From IMG/VR virus record IMGVR_UViG_3300019487_000021: a stretch of DNA of 64,000 bases. One strand, given 5' to 3'. How positions within the stretch are numbered: the first letter of the stretch is position 1; every line of letters starts with the position of its first letter. The position numbers and the translations under genes were made by a program. The notes beneath the pieces were generated by a model, which saw nothing but the letters and a program-made list of their open reading frames with translations, searched no databases and had not been told where the DNA came from. This document shows positions 18,493 to 29,074 of the stretch, one piece after another. The stretch is from a virus. Lineage: Duplodnaviria; Heunggongvirae; Uroviricota; Caudoviricetes.

Positions 18493-18806
18493 AGATCAAT
18501 CGCACGCATCTTCTTATCGCAACTGTAGCCGGATTGGTAGGAGTGCTGATCCCGATGCTGCCAGTTCCTTTCTCGAACGTGAGATCAGCCCAGTCGTGTG
18601 CCATAGAACGTCAAATGACCGAGCTTTCTCGCTATGGATACGTCAAAGTTCACTACAACTCAATGTTCGATTCCGATTGGACAGCTAAATTTAGTAAAGT
18701 GGACGATGGTGTTTACTTGACCGTATCCGTCGTTAAAGACAGTCTGTGTGACGCAGTTGACGAGCTGTATTACAAAGTGTTGGAGCACCCTTTGTCACCA
18801 AACTAG
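18489..18806 (+). CDS. secreted hypothetical protein
   Basis: Signal peptide; ATGA overlap. Confidence 0.45.
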   Translation: MKINRTHLLIATVAGLVGVLIPMLPVPFSNVRSAQSCAIERQMTELSRYGYVKVHYNSMFDSDWTAKFSKVDDGVYLTVSVVKDSLCDAVDELYYKVLEHPLSPN

Positions 18807-18818
18807 GAGGTTAATGTA

Positions 18819-18950
18819 TGGATTCGAGCACGTACCAAACGCTGATTTTTCTATTCAGCATTGCATTCCAACATTACCTCGGCTACGGAATGGAACCTTT
18901 GTCTGAAGGCTGGATCGTTTCGACTTCAAAAGGAGTTTCTCGGGAATGAA
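18819..18950 (+). CDS. small hypothetical protein (43 aa)
   Basis: Strong RBS TAGGAGGTTAATGT. Confidence 0.4.
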
Positions 18951-19316
18951 CGCATATTACAAATGCGGTGACTGCACCGCGATCTCCAAAAAAAGGCTGG
19001 ATGTCTCAACGCTGAATGTCATCTATTCGGGTGGTATAGCTTTGGAGCGGGAGAAACTGTTGTCTACCTGTCTGACATGTTTGAACCAACTGATCTCTTC
19101 ACTGATCCGTACGCTCAAAGCGTGTATATCCACGAAGCAACGCATTACCTTCAAGACAAGTTCGGCGCGTTGAGAGAGACGTGTCCAGAGCAATGGGAAA
19201 TAGAACGAAACGCCTACAACACGCAGTTCAAATATCTTGCAATGAAACATTATGCAAACAAGATCGTGTTGCCTACTGCTGCCCAGGTGTGTGGTCCAGA
19301 AGACGAGAAACGATGA
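18946..19316 (+). CDS. Zn-metalloprotease-like protein (HExxH) interrupted by a frame change at an A7 run (18988-18994)
   Basis: ATG 18946 in frame 1 encodes MNAYYKCGDCTAISKK. Frame 0 continues as ...LFGWYSFGAGETVVYLSDMFEPTDLF...IHEATHYLQ with no internal start of its own. Confidence 0.45.
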
Positions 19317-19377
19317 TAATTGACATTAAGTGAATTTGGGGTACAGTCACCAAACTTCATAACTGTCGGAGATTCAA

Positions 19378-19653
19378 ATGCTGCTTTGCAAAACCTTGCG
19401 TCAAGCCCAAATGGGCTACGTCCAATTCGACCCAACCGACCGTAACCATTTGGTGGCGTTCCAAACACTGTGTTTGGGCATCGACGAAGGGAACGGCGTG
19501 ACGAATCGTCAACACTCCACATTGCGTTTTGAACTCGAGGAAGGATTCGCTGACATTCGGACGATGATGTTCCACAAAGTCGGTCAACAGTACCTCAACC
19601 TCGTCGAGCCGCGACTGGAACCGATGCCGATCGAAGCTCTGCTGAACAGCTGA
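19378..19653 (+). CDS. hypothetical protein
   Basis: RBS GGAGA; followed by hairpin GGGAGGC-tggt-GCCTCCC. Confidence 0.4.
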   Translation: MLLCKTLRQAQMGYVQFDPTDRNHLVAFQTLCLGIDEGNGVTNRQHSTLRFELEEGFADIRTMMFHKVGQQYLNLVEPRLEPMPIEALLNS

Positions 19654-19693
19654 CAACTTCTATGGAGGGAGGCTGGTGCCTCCCTAGTTGGAA

Positions 19694-19993
19694 ATGTACG
19701 ACCCGTCTGATACATGTTGCGTTTGTTCCCGTCCACTCGGTGAGCTTCTGATCGAAGAACACCACCTGATTCCTCGAACATTCAAAGGGAAGGTCAAGGT
19801 GCCGGTTCACAAAATGTGCCATCAGAAGTTGCACGCCACATTCACTGAACGTGAGATGGCAAACTGGTATCACACACCTGAACGGATGTTGGAACATAAG
19901 CAAATTCAGAAGTATGTCACTTGGATTCAAAAGCGGCCGCTAGACTTCTATGACAAAAACAAAGATACTAAGGAACGGAAGCGTCGACGCTGA
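19694..19993 (+). CDS. small HNH endonuclease
   Basis: CCVC...EEHHLIPRTF...HKMCHQKLH. Confidence 0.7.
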   Translation: MYDPSDTCCVCSRPLGELLIEEHHLIPRTFKGKVKVPVHKMCHQKLHATFTEREMANWYHTPERMLEHKQIQKYVTWIQKRPLDFYDKNKDTKERKRRR

Positions 19994-20213
19994 CCCTTTT
20001 TGCCAGTATAAATACGTGATGTCAGAAGAAAAACAACTTCAAAAACAAATAGATGACCTCGCAGCACAAGTGAGAGGCGTTCAACGAGCCCTGCAGGTGC
20101 TGCAGAATGCAGTTCAGCAACTCAAGCAAGAAAATCGTCACTTGAAAGCGCGCGTTGAAGCACAGAACCACACGATAACAAACGTGGCAAGAATGCTGCG
20201 AAAGGATACGTAA

Positions 20214-20726
20214 ATGAAAGCGAATTTGAGATATCTCCGACCGTCGCAGCGTCCTGCGAAGCAGCGCGGCTTTCTCCCCGTGGGCCTGCTCGCCGGAGGC
20301 GCCATGAAGCTGCTCCCGTATCTCGCTGTTCTGCTGATCGTTCTTGGTGGTTGGTTATACTACAAACACCTCGTGAACACGATCGAACGCCAAAAGACCG
20401 AAATCGTTCAACTTGAAGCTCGTGTGAAAGAACTCGAAACTCAATTGAGTGATTGTCATCAAGCAAACGAGAAGTATCAAGCTGCAATACAAGAAATCAA
20501 TGCCACCGTTGATCGATTGATCACTGTTTCCGAGCAACAGCAACGAACAATGGCCATTCTCAAAGGTCAAATCACAAAGGAACGTGCTGACAAGCAGAAG
20601 CTTGTTGGCGAATTGGAAGATCTCAAATCACGACCACTTGCTGAAACATGCGAGGCGGCAATCGAAGAACTTGTAAACGCTCCTAAGGATTTCACATCAT
20701 TAACTCCAACTGAGTCGCCACAATGA
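20214..20726 (+). CDS. i-spanin (Rz-like: N-terminal TM plus coiled coil)
   Basis: RBS GAAAGGA; TM segment LLPYLAVLLIVLGGWLYY; coiled-coil remainder; overlaps the next gene. Confidence 0.55.
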   Translation: MKANLRYLRPSQRPAKQRGFLPVGLLAGGAMKLLPYLAVLLIVLGGWLYYKHLVNTIERQKTEIVQLEARVKELETQLSDCHQANEKYQAAIQEINATVDRLITVSEQQQRTMAILKGQITKERADKQKLVGELEDLKSRPLAETCEAAIEELVNAPKDFTSLTPTESPQ

Positions 20727-21133
20727 AAAAAATTCTGGCTATCGGAATTGCACTTCTTCTGACGGGATGTGCTGCACAACAAAAATACATCGTGAAGCCA
20801 GAAATCGTTACGGTTAAGTATCCAGTCCCGTACTGTCCAGCGATCACAGAAATTGTACCATTTCCACCAATTGAACTAGAAACCCTCAAGCTAACACCTC
20901 AGGACGCGAAAGATCCAGGCAAAGTTGCACGAGCGTATCACATCGATATGATCAACCTGACACAACGGTTGAGTGAACTGCAGCGAATTGAAGCCCAGCG
21001 CGCTAAAGATGCAGACGTCATAAAAGGAAAGCTAGAAGAGTACCAAGCTGAGGTACAACGCGTTCATGATGAAAACATGCAGAAGGTCCAAGAACACGTG
21101 CTTCGCAAACAACAAGAGCTGAACAAGAAGTGA
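20723..21133 (+). CDS. o-spanin (Rz1-like outer-membrane lipoprotein)
   Basis: Lipobox LLTGC; proline-rich then coiled coil. Confidence 0.55.
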   Translation: MKKILAIGIALLLTGCAAQQKYIVKPEIVTVKYPVPYCPAITEIVPFPPIELETLKLTPQDAKDPGKVARAYHIDMINLTQRLSELQRIEAQRAKDADVIKGKLEEYQAEVQRVHDENMQKVQEHVLRKQQELNKK

Positions 21134-21165
21134 TATAAATACTCCCTGCAAACAGGGAGATTGCT

Positions 21166-21540
21166 GTGAAAACAACAGTTTGGCAAGGGATTCTGCTCGG
21201 AAAACCTCACAGAGCAACCATCGAAAAGCAAGATGGCCACTATCGTCTTGTTCTTGAAGAGATTATCGAAGAAGGGTCTCTCACAGATCTCGTTAAAGGC
21301 GGAGTAAGCTTTGCCAAAGCAAATCCGGTTCTGACAGGATTCATGACTTCTTGGGCAAGTCAAGCACTTACTCAATACACAAAGAACAAGAAGGAAACGA
21401 TGCGTTTGTACGCACCGACGCCTGCAGACCGTTCGAAGTATCTCAAATTAGTTCAGGAACTAAAGCGGATTGGGTGGACTGTTGTTCGTTCCCGCTACTT
21501 GAGTGGATCAGGATATGAATGGGAGCTGAAACAACGATGA
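21166..21540 (+). CDS. hypothetical protein
   Basis: ORF only. Confidence 0.4.
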   Translation: MKTTVWQGILLGKPHRATIEKQDGHYRLVLEEIIEEGSLTDLVKGGVSFAKANPVLTGFMTSWASQALTQYTKNKKETMRLYAPTPADRSKYLKLVQELKRIGWTVVRSRYLSGSGYEWELKQR

Positions 21541-21820
21541 TGTCATTCAAGGAATATCTACTCACAGAAGGTCGGGTTAACTTTGAAAGCTTAATAGCGA
21601 ACAAGATTCCCCTCGAACCGGAAGAACGTGAACGAGCAATGAAGGCAGGAGCTGTTTGGCATCCGGCTAACCATGATAAACCAACATGCGCGATTTGGAA
21701 ATCCAAAAAAGCAAACGGCAAGATTGTATATGGATGCCATACTCATCGAGTCTTTCAAGTTGCGGACACACTAGCAGGTGCAATCAAGAAGTTTCATAAG
21801 GTTGTCAAGGATACGGCATA

Positions 21821-22732
21821 ATGAATCACCTTGAAGAATTCTATCCAGCAAAACCAAACGATTTCGCGAAGGGTGCACCGGAGGTGAAGATCCCTTTGCA
21901 GATGGATCCAAAATATCGTGATATCGGAGCGAGGACAAAGATCGTGAAGCGACGGGCTACAATCAAAAGCACAAATACGACTGGTCCGGTAAAGTACTAC
22001 ACTTTTCGTGCATTCATGACTAAAGAGAATTTAGAACCTGAAGCACCAAAATCTCCTCTGAAGAACATTCAAGCAATTTTGGAGACAGACGACTTCTCTG
22101 AATGGCCGCAAGAGATTCTAGATGAAATCAGAAAGATGATGCGCAAGGGTGTTAATCCTGGTAAGAAGGAACTTGAACAGTACCAGCAGATGCACGGTAC
22201 TGCTGAGATGCCAAAGTGGAAGAACGCTCTCGAATTACTTGATACCGCACTTCACGTGCTCGGTCTTAAATCACCAGATGTTGGAACAAAGTCGTGGAAA
22301 CAGTACACAGACATGATTCCTTACGCAGTTTCACTACTGTCGAAGAAGTATGGCCTTGGTGGACCGGATGCTCATTGGCGTGTAACACATCCACTTGTTG
22401 TTGAACGAATCGATCGAGATAGCCTGCTTTCGCAGCTTATGCCGTTTGAGAAAAATCCCAAACAACAGCAACCTAAAGATGAGTTGAAACCACCTCCTGG
22501 CTATGAACCATCTCATATTGGCAACAAGCGATTTTTCGTTCAGATTCCAGGTGCAGGTGAGATTGAGATTGATGCAAAGAACATCGATGAGGTTATCGAA
22601 AGCCTTGCCAACAAGATGCGTCGTCATGGCGTAAAAGTCCGCATCGAAACCAGAACGAAAGAGGCAGCAGTTTTGACATTCTGGTATCAGGACGTCAAGC
22701 GAGAGAAGATCACTATTCGTCAGGTGGGATAA
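21821..22732 (+). CDS. hypothetical protein
   Basis: ORF, ATGA overlap with the upstream gene. Confidence 0.45.
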   Translation: MNHLEEFYPAKPNDFAKGAPEVKIPLQMDPKYRDIGARTKIVKRRATIKSTNTTGPVKYYTFRAFMTKENLEPEAPKSPLKNIQAILETDDFSEWPQEILDEIRKMMRKGVNPGKKELEQYQQMHGTAEMPKWKNALELLDTALHVLGLKSPDVGTKSWKQYTDMIPYAVSLLSKKYGLGGPDAHWRVTHPLVVERIDRDSLLSQLMPFEKNPKQQQPKDELKPPPGYEPSHIGNKRFFVQIPGAGEIEIDAKNIDEVIESLANKMRRHGVKVRIETRTKEAAVLTFWYQDVKREKITIRQVG

Positions 22733-22996
22733 TGAAACTTGACAGAGAAGCAGATCCAGATTCTCGGGCGACTGCGGCCGCCCAATGTTTGGGACAATGT
22801 CAGCAAAAAAAGTGGCATACGATCACGAAGCACTTGCAATGTGGTTTAACTATGCTAAGTAAGCTCAGCTGTCGCAAGCAATTCGTGAAGTGAATAACAT
22901 CGCATTACTTCTTGGACGGAACATCAATTCCAGCTCAGTCGTTGACAATCGACTCCATTTGCAGTACTGTTCCCCTACACAAGAAGGATAATAACA

Positions 22997-23283
22997 TGTG
23001 GAAACTCTTGAAGTGGGTGGCGTCTTTTCTTTACCTAATTGCCACCCTTCTGATGTTCAGTCCAAAAATCGCAGCGACATCAACGATCCCGTGGACAGCG
23101 TACCTGCTTGCAAACCTTGTTTGGACTGCTGATAGTTATCACACCAAGAACTGGGCGTGGGTTGTCATTGCAATCGTGTTCGTTCTGTTGGATGCAACCT
23201 TGATTTGGGCGAGACTGGTTGGTTTCGACATTACACCATACATTCAACCTTTAATAACCTTCATGGAGTCATTCTATGAATAA
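22997..23283 (+). CDS. small membrane protein
   Basis: RBS AAGGATAAT; three hydrophobic helices. Confidence 0.45.
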
Positions 23284-24094
23284 GAATTTTGCCGTTGAAG
23301 ATGATCCAGAATTCTGCATCATCACCCCAACTGCTTACCTCGAATACGCTACTCAATCGTCCAAACACCTTGTTTTAGCTCATCTGGTTGCAACTGACGA
23401 GGAGTACGCAAACTTCTACCGCACTCGGTCAGAAGCTGGGGACGGAATCATCATGGACAACGGTGCGTTTGAACTTGGACGCAGTTACGAGCCGGAAAAG
23501 CTTCTTATGATCGCGAAGAAATGTGCCGCCGATGTGATCGTTCTTCCTGACTACCCATTCCAAAGAGCTCAAGAGACAATTGACGCAGCGGAAAAGTTCG
23601 CTCCAATATTCAAAGCCGAAGGATTCAAGACGATGTTTGTTCCGCAATCAGAAGTTGGTGATTTCGATGACTTCATCAATGCATACATGTGGGCAGCAGA
23701 TAATGTTGTGATTGACGTCATCGGAATGTCAATCCTCAACATTCCAAATGCAATGCCGCATATTCCGGCTGCTTATGCTCGAGTTGTGATGAGTGAGATT
23801 CTTACCGACCGAGGCGTGTTTGCAGATTGGAAGTACCATCACTATCTTGGTTTGAATGCAGGACCAGCGCTTGAAATTCCAGCACTGATCAAAACAAAGG
23901 TGTTGAACTCGTGTGACAGTTCTGGTCCAGTATGGGCTGGTATTCTTGGTCATGAATACACTCTTAATGCCGACAGCTACTTGGCAACCAAGAAGGTGAA
24001 GGCACACGTTGAGTTTCACTATCCATACGTAAGCGATCCAGAGACGCACAGACGGATTCAACATAATTTAGACCTGACATTAGACCTTTTTTAG
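23276..24094 (+). CDS. hypothetical protein, weakly TGT/DpdA-like (tRNA-guanine-transglycosylase fold)
   Basis: IITPTAY resembles the TGT ETPVFMPVGT region, and GIIMDNGAFELG resembles DSGGFQ; weak motif-level similarity only. Confidence 0.3.
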   Translation: MNKNFAVEDDPEFCIITPTAYLEYATQSSKHLVLAHLVATDEEYANFYRTRSEAGDGIIMDNGAFELGRSYEPEKLLMIAKKCAADVIVLPDYPFQRAQETIDAAEKFAPIFKAEGFKTMFVPQSEVGDFDDFINAYMWAADNVVIDVIGMSILNIPNAMPHIPAAYARVVMSEILTDRGVFADWKYHHYLGLNAGPALEIPALIKTKVLNSCDSSGPVWAGILGHEYTLNADSYLATKKVKAHVEFHYPYVSDPETHRRIQHNLDLTLDLF

Positions 24095-24124
24095 ACGAGA
24101 AATTAGACGCGAAGGTAAGGCTTC

Positions 24125-24862
24125 ATGGCATGTAGCAATGAAGAGTTCCTTAGGAATACATCAATGACACAAGAACAAGAACTGACACAACGTCAGCAAG
24201 CAAGAGCGAAATTTGAGGCAACGATTATCGAATTGGAATCGTACCACGTTTTGACCCGGGAGATGCTCCGCCACTATCGTACGTATCTAGCGGAAAACGA
24301 GAAATATGGTGAGACGGACACATCGAAGATGCAATGGGATCCATTGTACAATCATCGTGCTAAAGCCGGTGATCAATCTGCAATTGAAGGCACGCGCAAT
24401 GAAATGATCGTCAGTGCAGTCTTAGGAGTGTTGCACGATGCTCCGGTCCACATCGAGACTGACAAAACGATGCAAATGTACGGGCGCGACCTTATCCAAG
24501 GAAAGCGTTCATACTCGGTCAAGCATCGTGAACATGAAGCACTGGCTCCAGGCGGATTCCTACTTCGTCTCGAAAAGAGTGACTTCAAGCCAGGCCAATT
24601 CCGAGTAACGAAAATCGTTTATGTTGACGATTCGTGGATCACGTTCATTAACTATCGACCATTGGCAAGATTTTGCACGACGATCGTGAACAACATTCCT
24701 GTCGAAGTAAACAAATCAAGCCTGTACACAAAAGAGTTCGAAACGAAGTTTCCGAGCGACATCGCAATATTCTCTCTGCAAAATGTGTGGGAAGCGTGGT
24801 CTGAAGTTTGGAATCATGAACACGGACTAATCAGGGATTTGATCTATGACAAGAATCATTGA
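24125..24862 (+). CDS. hypothetical protein
   Basis: ORF; TTAGAC repeats upstream. Confidence 0.4.
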   Translation: MACSNEEFLRNTSMTQEQELTQRQQARAKFEATIIELESYHVLTREMLRHYRTYLAENEKYGETDTSKMQWDPLYNHRAKAGDQSAIEGTRNEMIVSAVLGVLHDAPVHIETDKTMQMYGRDLIQGKRSYSVKHREHEALAPGGFLLRLEKSDFKPGQFRVTKIVYVDDSWITFINYRPLARFCTTIVNNIPVEVNKSSLYTKEFETKFPSDIAIFSLQNVWEAWSEVWNHEHGLIRDLIYDKNH

Positions 24863-25949
24863 AGATGTGAAGTTCGACTTCCAGGACGTTCTGCTGATGC
24901 CGAAACGTTCTGGATTGTCGAGCCGTTCCGAAGTGAACCTGTTTCGTGATTACAAGTTCAAGCACTCGAAGACAGAATACCACGGCATTCCGATCATAGT
25001 TGCTAACATGGATCACACAGGCACGATGAAGATGCACGATGCTGTAGCACCGCATGGGTTGAGTGTCGCTCTCCACAAGTTTTACGAACCGACGAACCTG
25101 ATTGACTTCTTCAGTTTCTCCCAAGGCGCAATCTACACAATGGGTGTGACTGATGAGGATTATACAAAGTTCAAAGAAGTATGGTTCGGTTTGACGGAAA
25201 CGTATCGTCCGAAGGTGGTGTGTATTGATGTTGCAAATGGATATTCACATAACCTCGCACGAATGGTTGGTCGAATGCGAGAACAGTACCACAATCTTGT
25301 CATCATGGCTGGTAATGTTGTAACAGGGGATATGGTATATGATCTTCTCGAAAAGGGGGCGAACATTGTCAAAGTGGGGATTGGTCCTGGCTCTCTGTGT
25401 ACTACCAGGCGGGTTACCGGTGTTGGTTATCCTCAACTGTCGGCGATTATGGAATGCGCTGATGCGGCACATGGGCGAGAAAAAGGCCTCATCTGCGCGG
25501 ACGGAGGAATAACTTGTCCAGGCGACATCGCAAAAGCATTTGCAGCAGGTGCTGATTTTGTAATGTGTGGTGCACTGTTCGCAGGCCACCAGGAATGTGA
25601 AGGTGAGATTCTTTACAAGAGTTTTCCAGAGATGCCTGCAATTCGATTACCGGAAAAGCTTCTGCCAAAAATAGAAGCAGTTGACATTCCATATGCCATG
25701 AAGTTTCATGGAATGTCATCACGAGAGGCAATGTTGCAACACTATGGAGAACAAGCGGGGTATCGTGCAGCGGAAGGAAAAGAAGTTGAAGTGCCATACA
25801 AGGGTCCGGTTGAGAACACTGTTCGTGAAATTCTTGGTGGATTGCGTTCTGCTTGTACGTATGTTGGTGCTACGCAACTTAAACATCTTCCAAAATGTGC
25901 GACATTTGTAAAAGTAAACCGACAATTAAATGAAAGTCTAGGAAAATGA
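24846..25949 (+). CDS. guaC: GMP reductase (IMPDH/GuaC family without CBS domains)
   Basis: FDFQDVLLMP, catalytic loop GIGPGSLCTTR, 367 aa. Confidence 0.75.
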   Translation: MTRIIEDVKFDFQDVLLMPKRSGLSSRSEVNLFRDYKFKHSKTEYHGIPIIVANMDHTGTMKMHDAVAPHGLSVALHKFYEPTNLIDFFSFSQGAIYTMGVTDEDYTKFKEVWFGLTETYRPKVVCIDVANGYSHNLARMVGRMREQYHNLVIMAGNVVTGDMVYDLLEKGANIVKVGIGPGSLCTTRRVTGVGYPQLSAIMECADAAHGREKGLICADGGITCPGDIAKAFAAGADFVMCGALFAGHQECEGEILYKSFPEMPAIRLPEKLLPKIEAVDIPYAMKFHGMSSREAMLQHYGEQAGYRAAEGKEVEVPYKGPVENTVREILGGLRSACTYVGATQLKHLPKCATFVKVNRQLNESLGK

Positions 25950-26383
25950 ACATACTAGATCAATTGTATGAAGCAGGTTCAACAGGTCTTGATCTATCAC
26001 CTGGAGATCCCCTTTGCCTCGAAGCAGCGAAGGAAATTGAACGGCTGCTTGATGTTTTAACATTTTACGCTGATCCCGAAATATACTTTGCAATTGGATT
26101 CTTTCCTGATCGACCCTGCGGAGATTTCATAAACGACTTTGACGAGACCCATCTTGGCTACAAACCTGGTAAAAAAGCTCGAGACGCGTTAGAGGAAAGC
26201 GGTGAAGTTAAAAGAACACAAACATGGAATGAGGTGAATACACTTTTAGCACTGTTGCGAGACTTCAACACCATCGACTTGATCGACAATCATTTTCAGC
26301 GATTTGACAATCCGGCACCAGCAACGTTGTTAGCTGATCAAATAGATCGTGTTCAACATCTTCTTGATAAGGACTCTCTTTGA
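25946..26383 (+). CDS. hypothetical protein
   Basis: ORF, overlap with guaC stop. Confidence 0.4.
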   Translation: MNILDQLYEAGSTGLDLSPGDPLCLEAAKEIERLLDVLTFYADPEIYFAIGFFPDRPCGDFINDFDETHLGYKPGKKARDALEESGEVKRTQTWNEVNTLLALLRDFNTIDLIDNHFQRFDNPAPATLLADQIDRVQHLLDKDSL

Positions 26384-26518
26384 TGGATCGTGAAGATTTC
26401 AATTGGAGACATCAAAGGTTCGCTACCATTATTCAATAGATGGTACAGAGGGCACTTACCCTTCAATTAAGAGTATCATTCACATGTTCGAAGAACACAA
26501 AAATAAGGAGAACAACAA

Positions 26519-26670
26519 TGGAAATAGCACCGATTGACCAAACATGGGATCAATGGTATCTCGTTGGTGGCGTCAAAGTCAATCCTGCCGACATGGATGC
26601 GATGAGGAAGATTGCTGCCGTTGCTGTACGTTGTATGGAGACTTATGGACCACTTCGCCGCAAGGTATAG
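26519..26670 (+). CDS. small hypothetical protein sharing its first 12 codons and RBS with the dCMP deaminase
   Basis: Start region duplicated (see repeat 26500/26895). Confidence 0.4.
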
Positions 26671-26673
26671 TCA

Positions 26674-26928
26674 ATGCCCAAACGTATCCCAATCAAAGCA
26701 GCAAAAGATGTAGCAAAACAATACGATTTATTACAGGTAATACTGCTAGCTTGGGATGGAGAGCAGACGCACGTTGTAACATACGGTACAACGTTGAAGG
26801 ATTGTGGACAGGCTGCTATTGGTGGCAATAAAATAAAACGCTGGATGAACTGGCCAGAGGAACTGTGTCAGACAAAACCAGCAAGAATAAGAAAAAAGGA
26901 GAACAACAATGGAAATAGCACCGATTGA
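26674..26928 (+). CDS. hypothetical protein
   Basis: ORF with AAGGTA RBS. Confidence 0.35.
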   Translation: MPKRIPIKAAKDVAKQYDLLQVILLAWDGEQTHVVTYGTTLKDCGQAAIGGNKIKRWMNWPEELCQTKPARIRKKENNNGNSTD

Positions 26929-27370
26929 CCAAATATGGGATCAATGGTATCTTGGTCTCGCAAAATATGTCTCAACAAAGTCAAAAGATCCATCAACAAA
27001 AACAGGAGCAGTGATCGTCCGTCCTGATAAGAGTTTGTGTTCAGTTGGCTTCAACGGTTTCCCTCAGAAGATGCCTGATCTTCCTGAGCTGTATGCTAAT
27101 AGAGAAGAGAAATATTCGAGGATCATCCATTGTGAGATGAACGCTTTGCTGTTTTCAAGAGATCAAACACTTGAAGATTACACACTTTACACATATCCTT
27201 TTATGAGTTGCGATCGTTGCTTCGAGCACATGGTTCAGAAGGGGATTATACGGTTCGTATATCCAAAGGCAACACCAGACCAACTGACACGATGGGGAGA
27301 CACTTTCGAACGCGTCCTCAGGTATGCTGAAGAGACTGGTGTTGAGATGGTTGAGTTAGAGATGGAGTAA
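26909..27370 (+). CDS. dCMP deaminase (zinc-dependent cytidine/deoxycytidylate deaminase)
   Basis: HCEMNAL and SCDRC zinc ligands; RBS AAGGAG. Confidence 0.8.
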   Translation: MEIAPIDQIWDQWYLGLAKYVSTKSKDPSTKTGAVIVRPDKSLCSVGFNGFPQKMPDLPELYANREEKYSRIIHCEMNALLFSRDQTLEDYTLYTYPFMSCDRCFEHMVQKGIIRFVYPKATPDQLTRWGDTFERVLRYAEETGVEMVELEME

Positions 27371-27868
27371 TGCGGTTATTGCAGTGCAGCTGAGAGGATT
27401 GTGAATACAATGCTCATCTAACCATTGTTGAATGAACACTTCTCCTCTTGATCGTTTGCACTTTGAGCAACCCGTTCCGTGCACATGATTGTTCGCTGTC
27501 ATTTCGAAAGACCCGTGTAACGGACACACTATAGTAACGCGCTTCATTTGTCCCAAATATTCAGTATTGCTACAATCGTAAAAATCACCGTGTCGCTTCC
27601 GTGCTTTTTCAATAAACTGATCTTTAGTGTGTCTATTTTTTGAATATTGCACTTGTTCTCGCTGTTCACGTGCACATTGGGGACAGCCGCTGCCGGTCAC
27701 ATGTGTACGCGCTTTCTGTTTGAAGATGCCGTGCTTTGAGCACCCAATATCAATCCAATCTTTGTAGGTAAAGGACAACGGTAGACCATTGTAATCATAC
27801 CTTTTAGTGTGAATTTCTGTTGCCCGTTTCAGAAATATTGCTCTATAATTGCTCATAAGCTTCTCCAT
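27356..27868 (-). CDS. Cys-rich zinc-finger protein, possibly homing-endonuclease-related
   Basis: Duplicated HG...GCPQC / HG..GCSKC modules; free-standing on the opposite strand between nucleotide-metabolism genes. Confidence 0.4.
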   Translation of the reverse strand: MEKLMSNYRAIFLKRATEIHTKRYDYNGLPLSFTYKDWIDIGCSKHGIFKQKARTHVTGSGCPQCAREQREQVQYSKNRHTKDQFIEKARKRHGDFYDCSNTEYLGQMKRVTIVCPLHGSFEMTANNHVHGTGCSKCKRSRGEVFIQQWLDEHCIHNPLSCTAITALLHL

Positions 27869-27921
27869 TGCAAGTAAAGACAGCTGCAATAGGTCTATAT
27901 AACAACAAGAAAGGTACACAC

Positions 27922-28641
27922 ATGTTTATTTCGCCGCTCGAAGCAATTCAACAAGGATGGATTACACACCCTCAATGTAAAACTATAGACGAATGGAAAC
28001 ACAGAAAGCTCGTAAGCCCAAACGCCATTGATTTTACACTAGATCGAGTATATGAAATCGGCAATAATTTGGCTCGTATTACTGAAACGCAGAAGAATAT
28101 GCGTCGAATGGAATCGTTGCCTCTCTTGACTTCCTTGCCAAATCCGTTCTGGAAACTTGAAGGACAGAAAGTTTATGATGGAACGAGTGATGTATACGTT
28201 GAAGTTCCAGAAGATGTTGCAGCCGTTCTCTGGACTCGTTCAACATTCGCTCGCAACGGCGTGTTTATCATGAGTGGCTTGTACGATACGGGATTCAAAG
28301 GCAATATCGGATTCACAATCTACACAATTGGTGGTCAGATTGAAATCGAGCCTGGAACACGTATTGGTCAGATTGGCTTCATTGCTGCCGCGAGCGCAGG
28401 GCTTTATGCTGGCGAATACAACCACAAGGAAGGCACGCATTGGAACTCTTCACTTGTCAACAAACAAGGTCCAACGAATCTGATTATCGAACAAGCTCCT
28501 CCTACCCCACAAATTGACGGGCAAGTCGATCCCTTGGTCGGAGCATCTGCAAAATCAACCCTTGCACAAGACTTACAAACAACATCCAAGTGGGATAGCG
28601 ATCAATCGAGTCCTCCTGCTGGTACAAAGACATTTATCTAA
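27922..28641 (+). CDS. dCTP deaminase / dUTPase-superfamily protein
   Basis: GLYDTGFKGNIGFTIYTIGGQIEIEPGTRIGQI resembles the dCTP deaminase beta-barrel motifs. Confidence 0.6.
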   Translation: MFISPLEAIQQGWITHPQCKTIDEWKHRKLVSPNAIDFTLDRVYEIGNNLARITETQKNMRRMESLPLLTSLPNPFWKLEGQKVYDGTSDVYVEVPEDVAAVLWTRSTFARNGVFIMSGLYDTGFKGNIGFTIYTIGGQIEIEPGTRIGQIGFIAAASAGLYAGEYNHKEGTHWNSSLVNKQGPTNLIIEQAPPTPQIDGQVDPLVGASAKSTLAQDLQTTSKWDSDQSSPPAGTKTFI

Positions 28642-28650
28642 GGAGATATC

Positions 28651-28944
28651 ATGGAGGAAGTAAAAGTAGATGCACGGCGTGTTTTTGGCCGCCAACTTCA
28701 GGCTTATCAAGATGGTACTCTGCGACCTGATCTGTCAATGCTTAACGGAACAGTTAAAGACTTCTTCGGTGAACTATTTGTTGAAGGCGATCGAGTTCTC
28801 GTTATGGAGGTCTATGACCTTGCCAACGTTCTCCATCGCCTTCTGTTCAATATGAAGTCGGAAGAGAAATTGTGGAAGCACATGGAATTCATTGAGATGT
28901 TTGGCAACACGCCACGGTTCAAAGTTCTTGTTGACCCCAAATAG
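28651..28944 (+). CDS. hypothetical protein
   Basis: ORF. Confidence 0.4.
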   Translation: MEEVKVDARRVFGRQLQAYQDGTLRPDLSMLNGTVKDFFGELFVEGDRVLVMEVYDLANVLHRLLFNMKSEEKLWKHMEFIEMFGNTPRFKVLVDPK

Positions 28945-29074
28945 TAAACGGTAGCTCTCCTCACGAGCAAAAACCTTGTATGACAAATACCGCACAGCTG
29001 ATTGGCGAAAGATCGTTGCTGTTATCAACGGGAAAGAATACGACCTGAAATCATACTAAGAAGGAGAACAGGTA

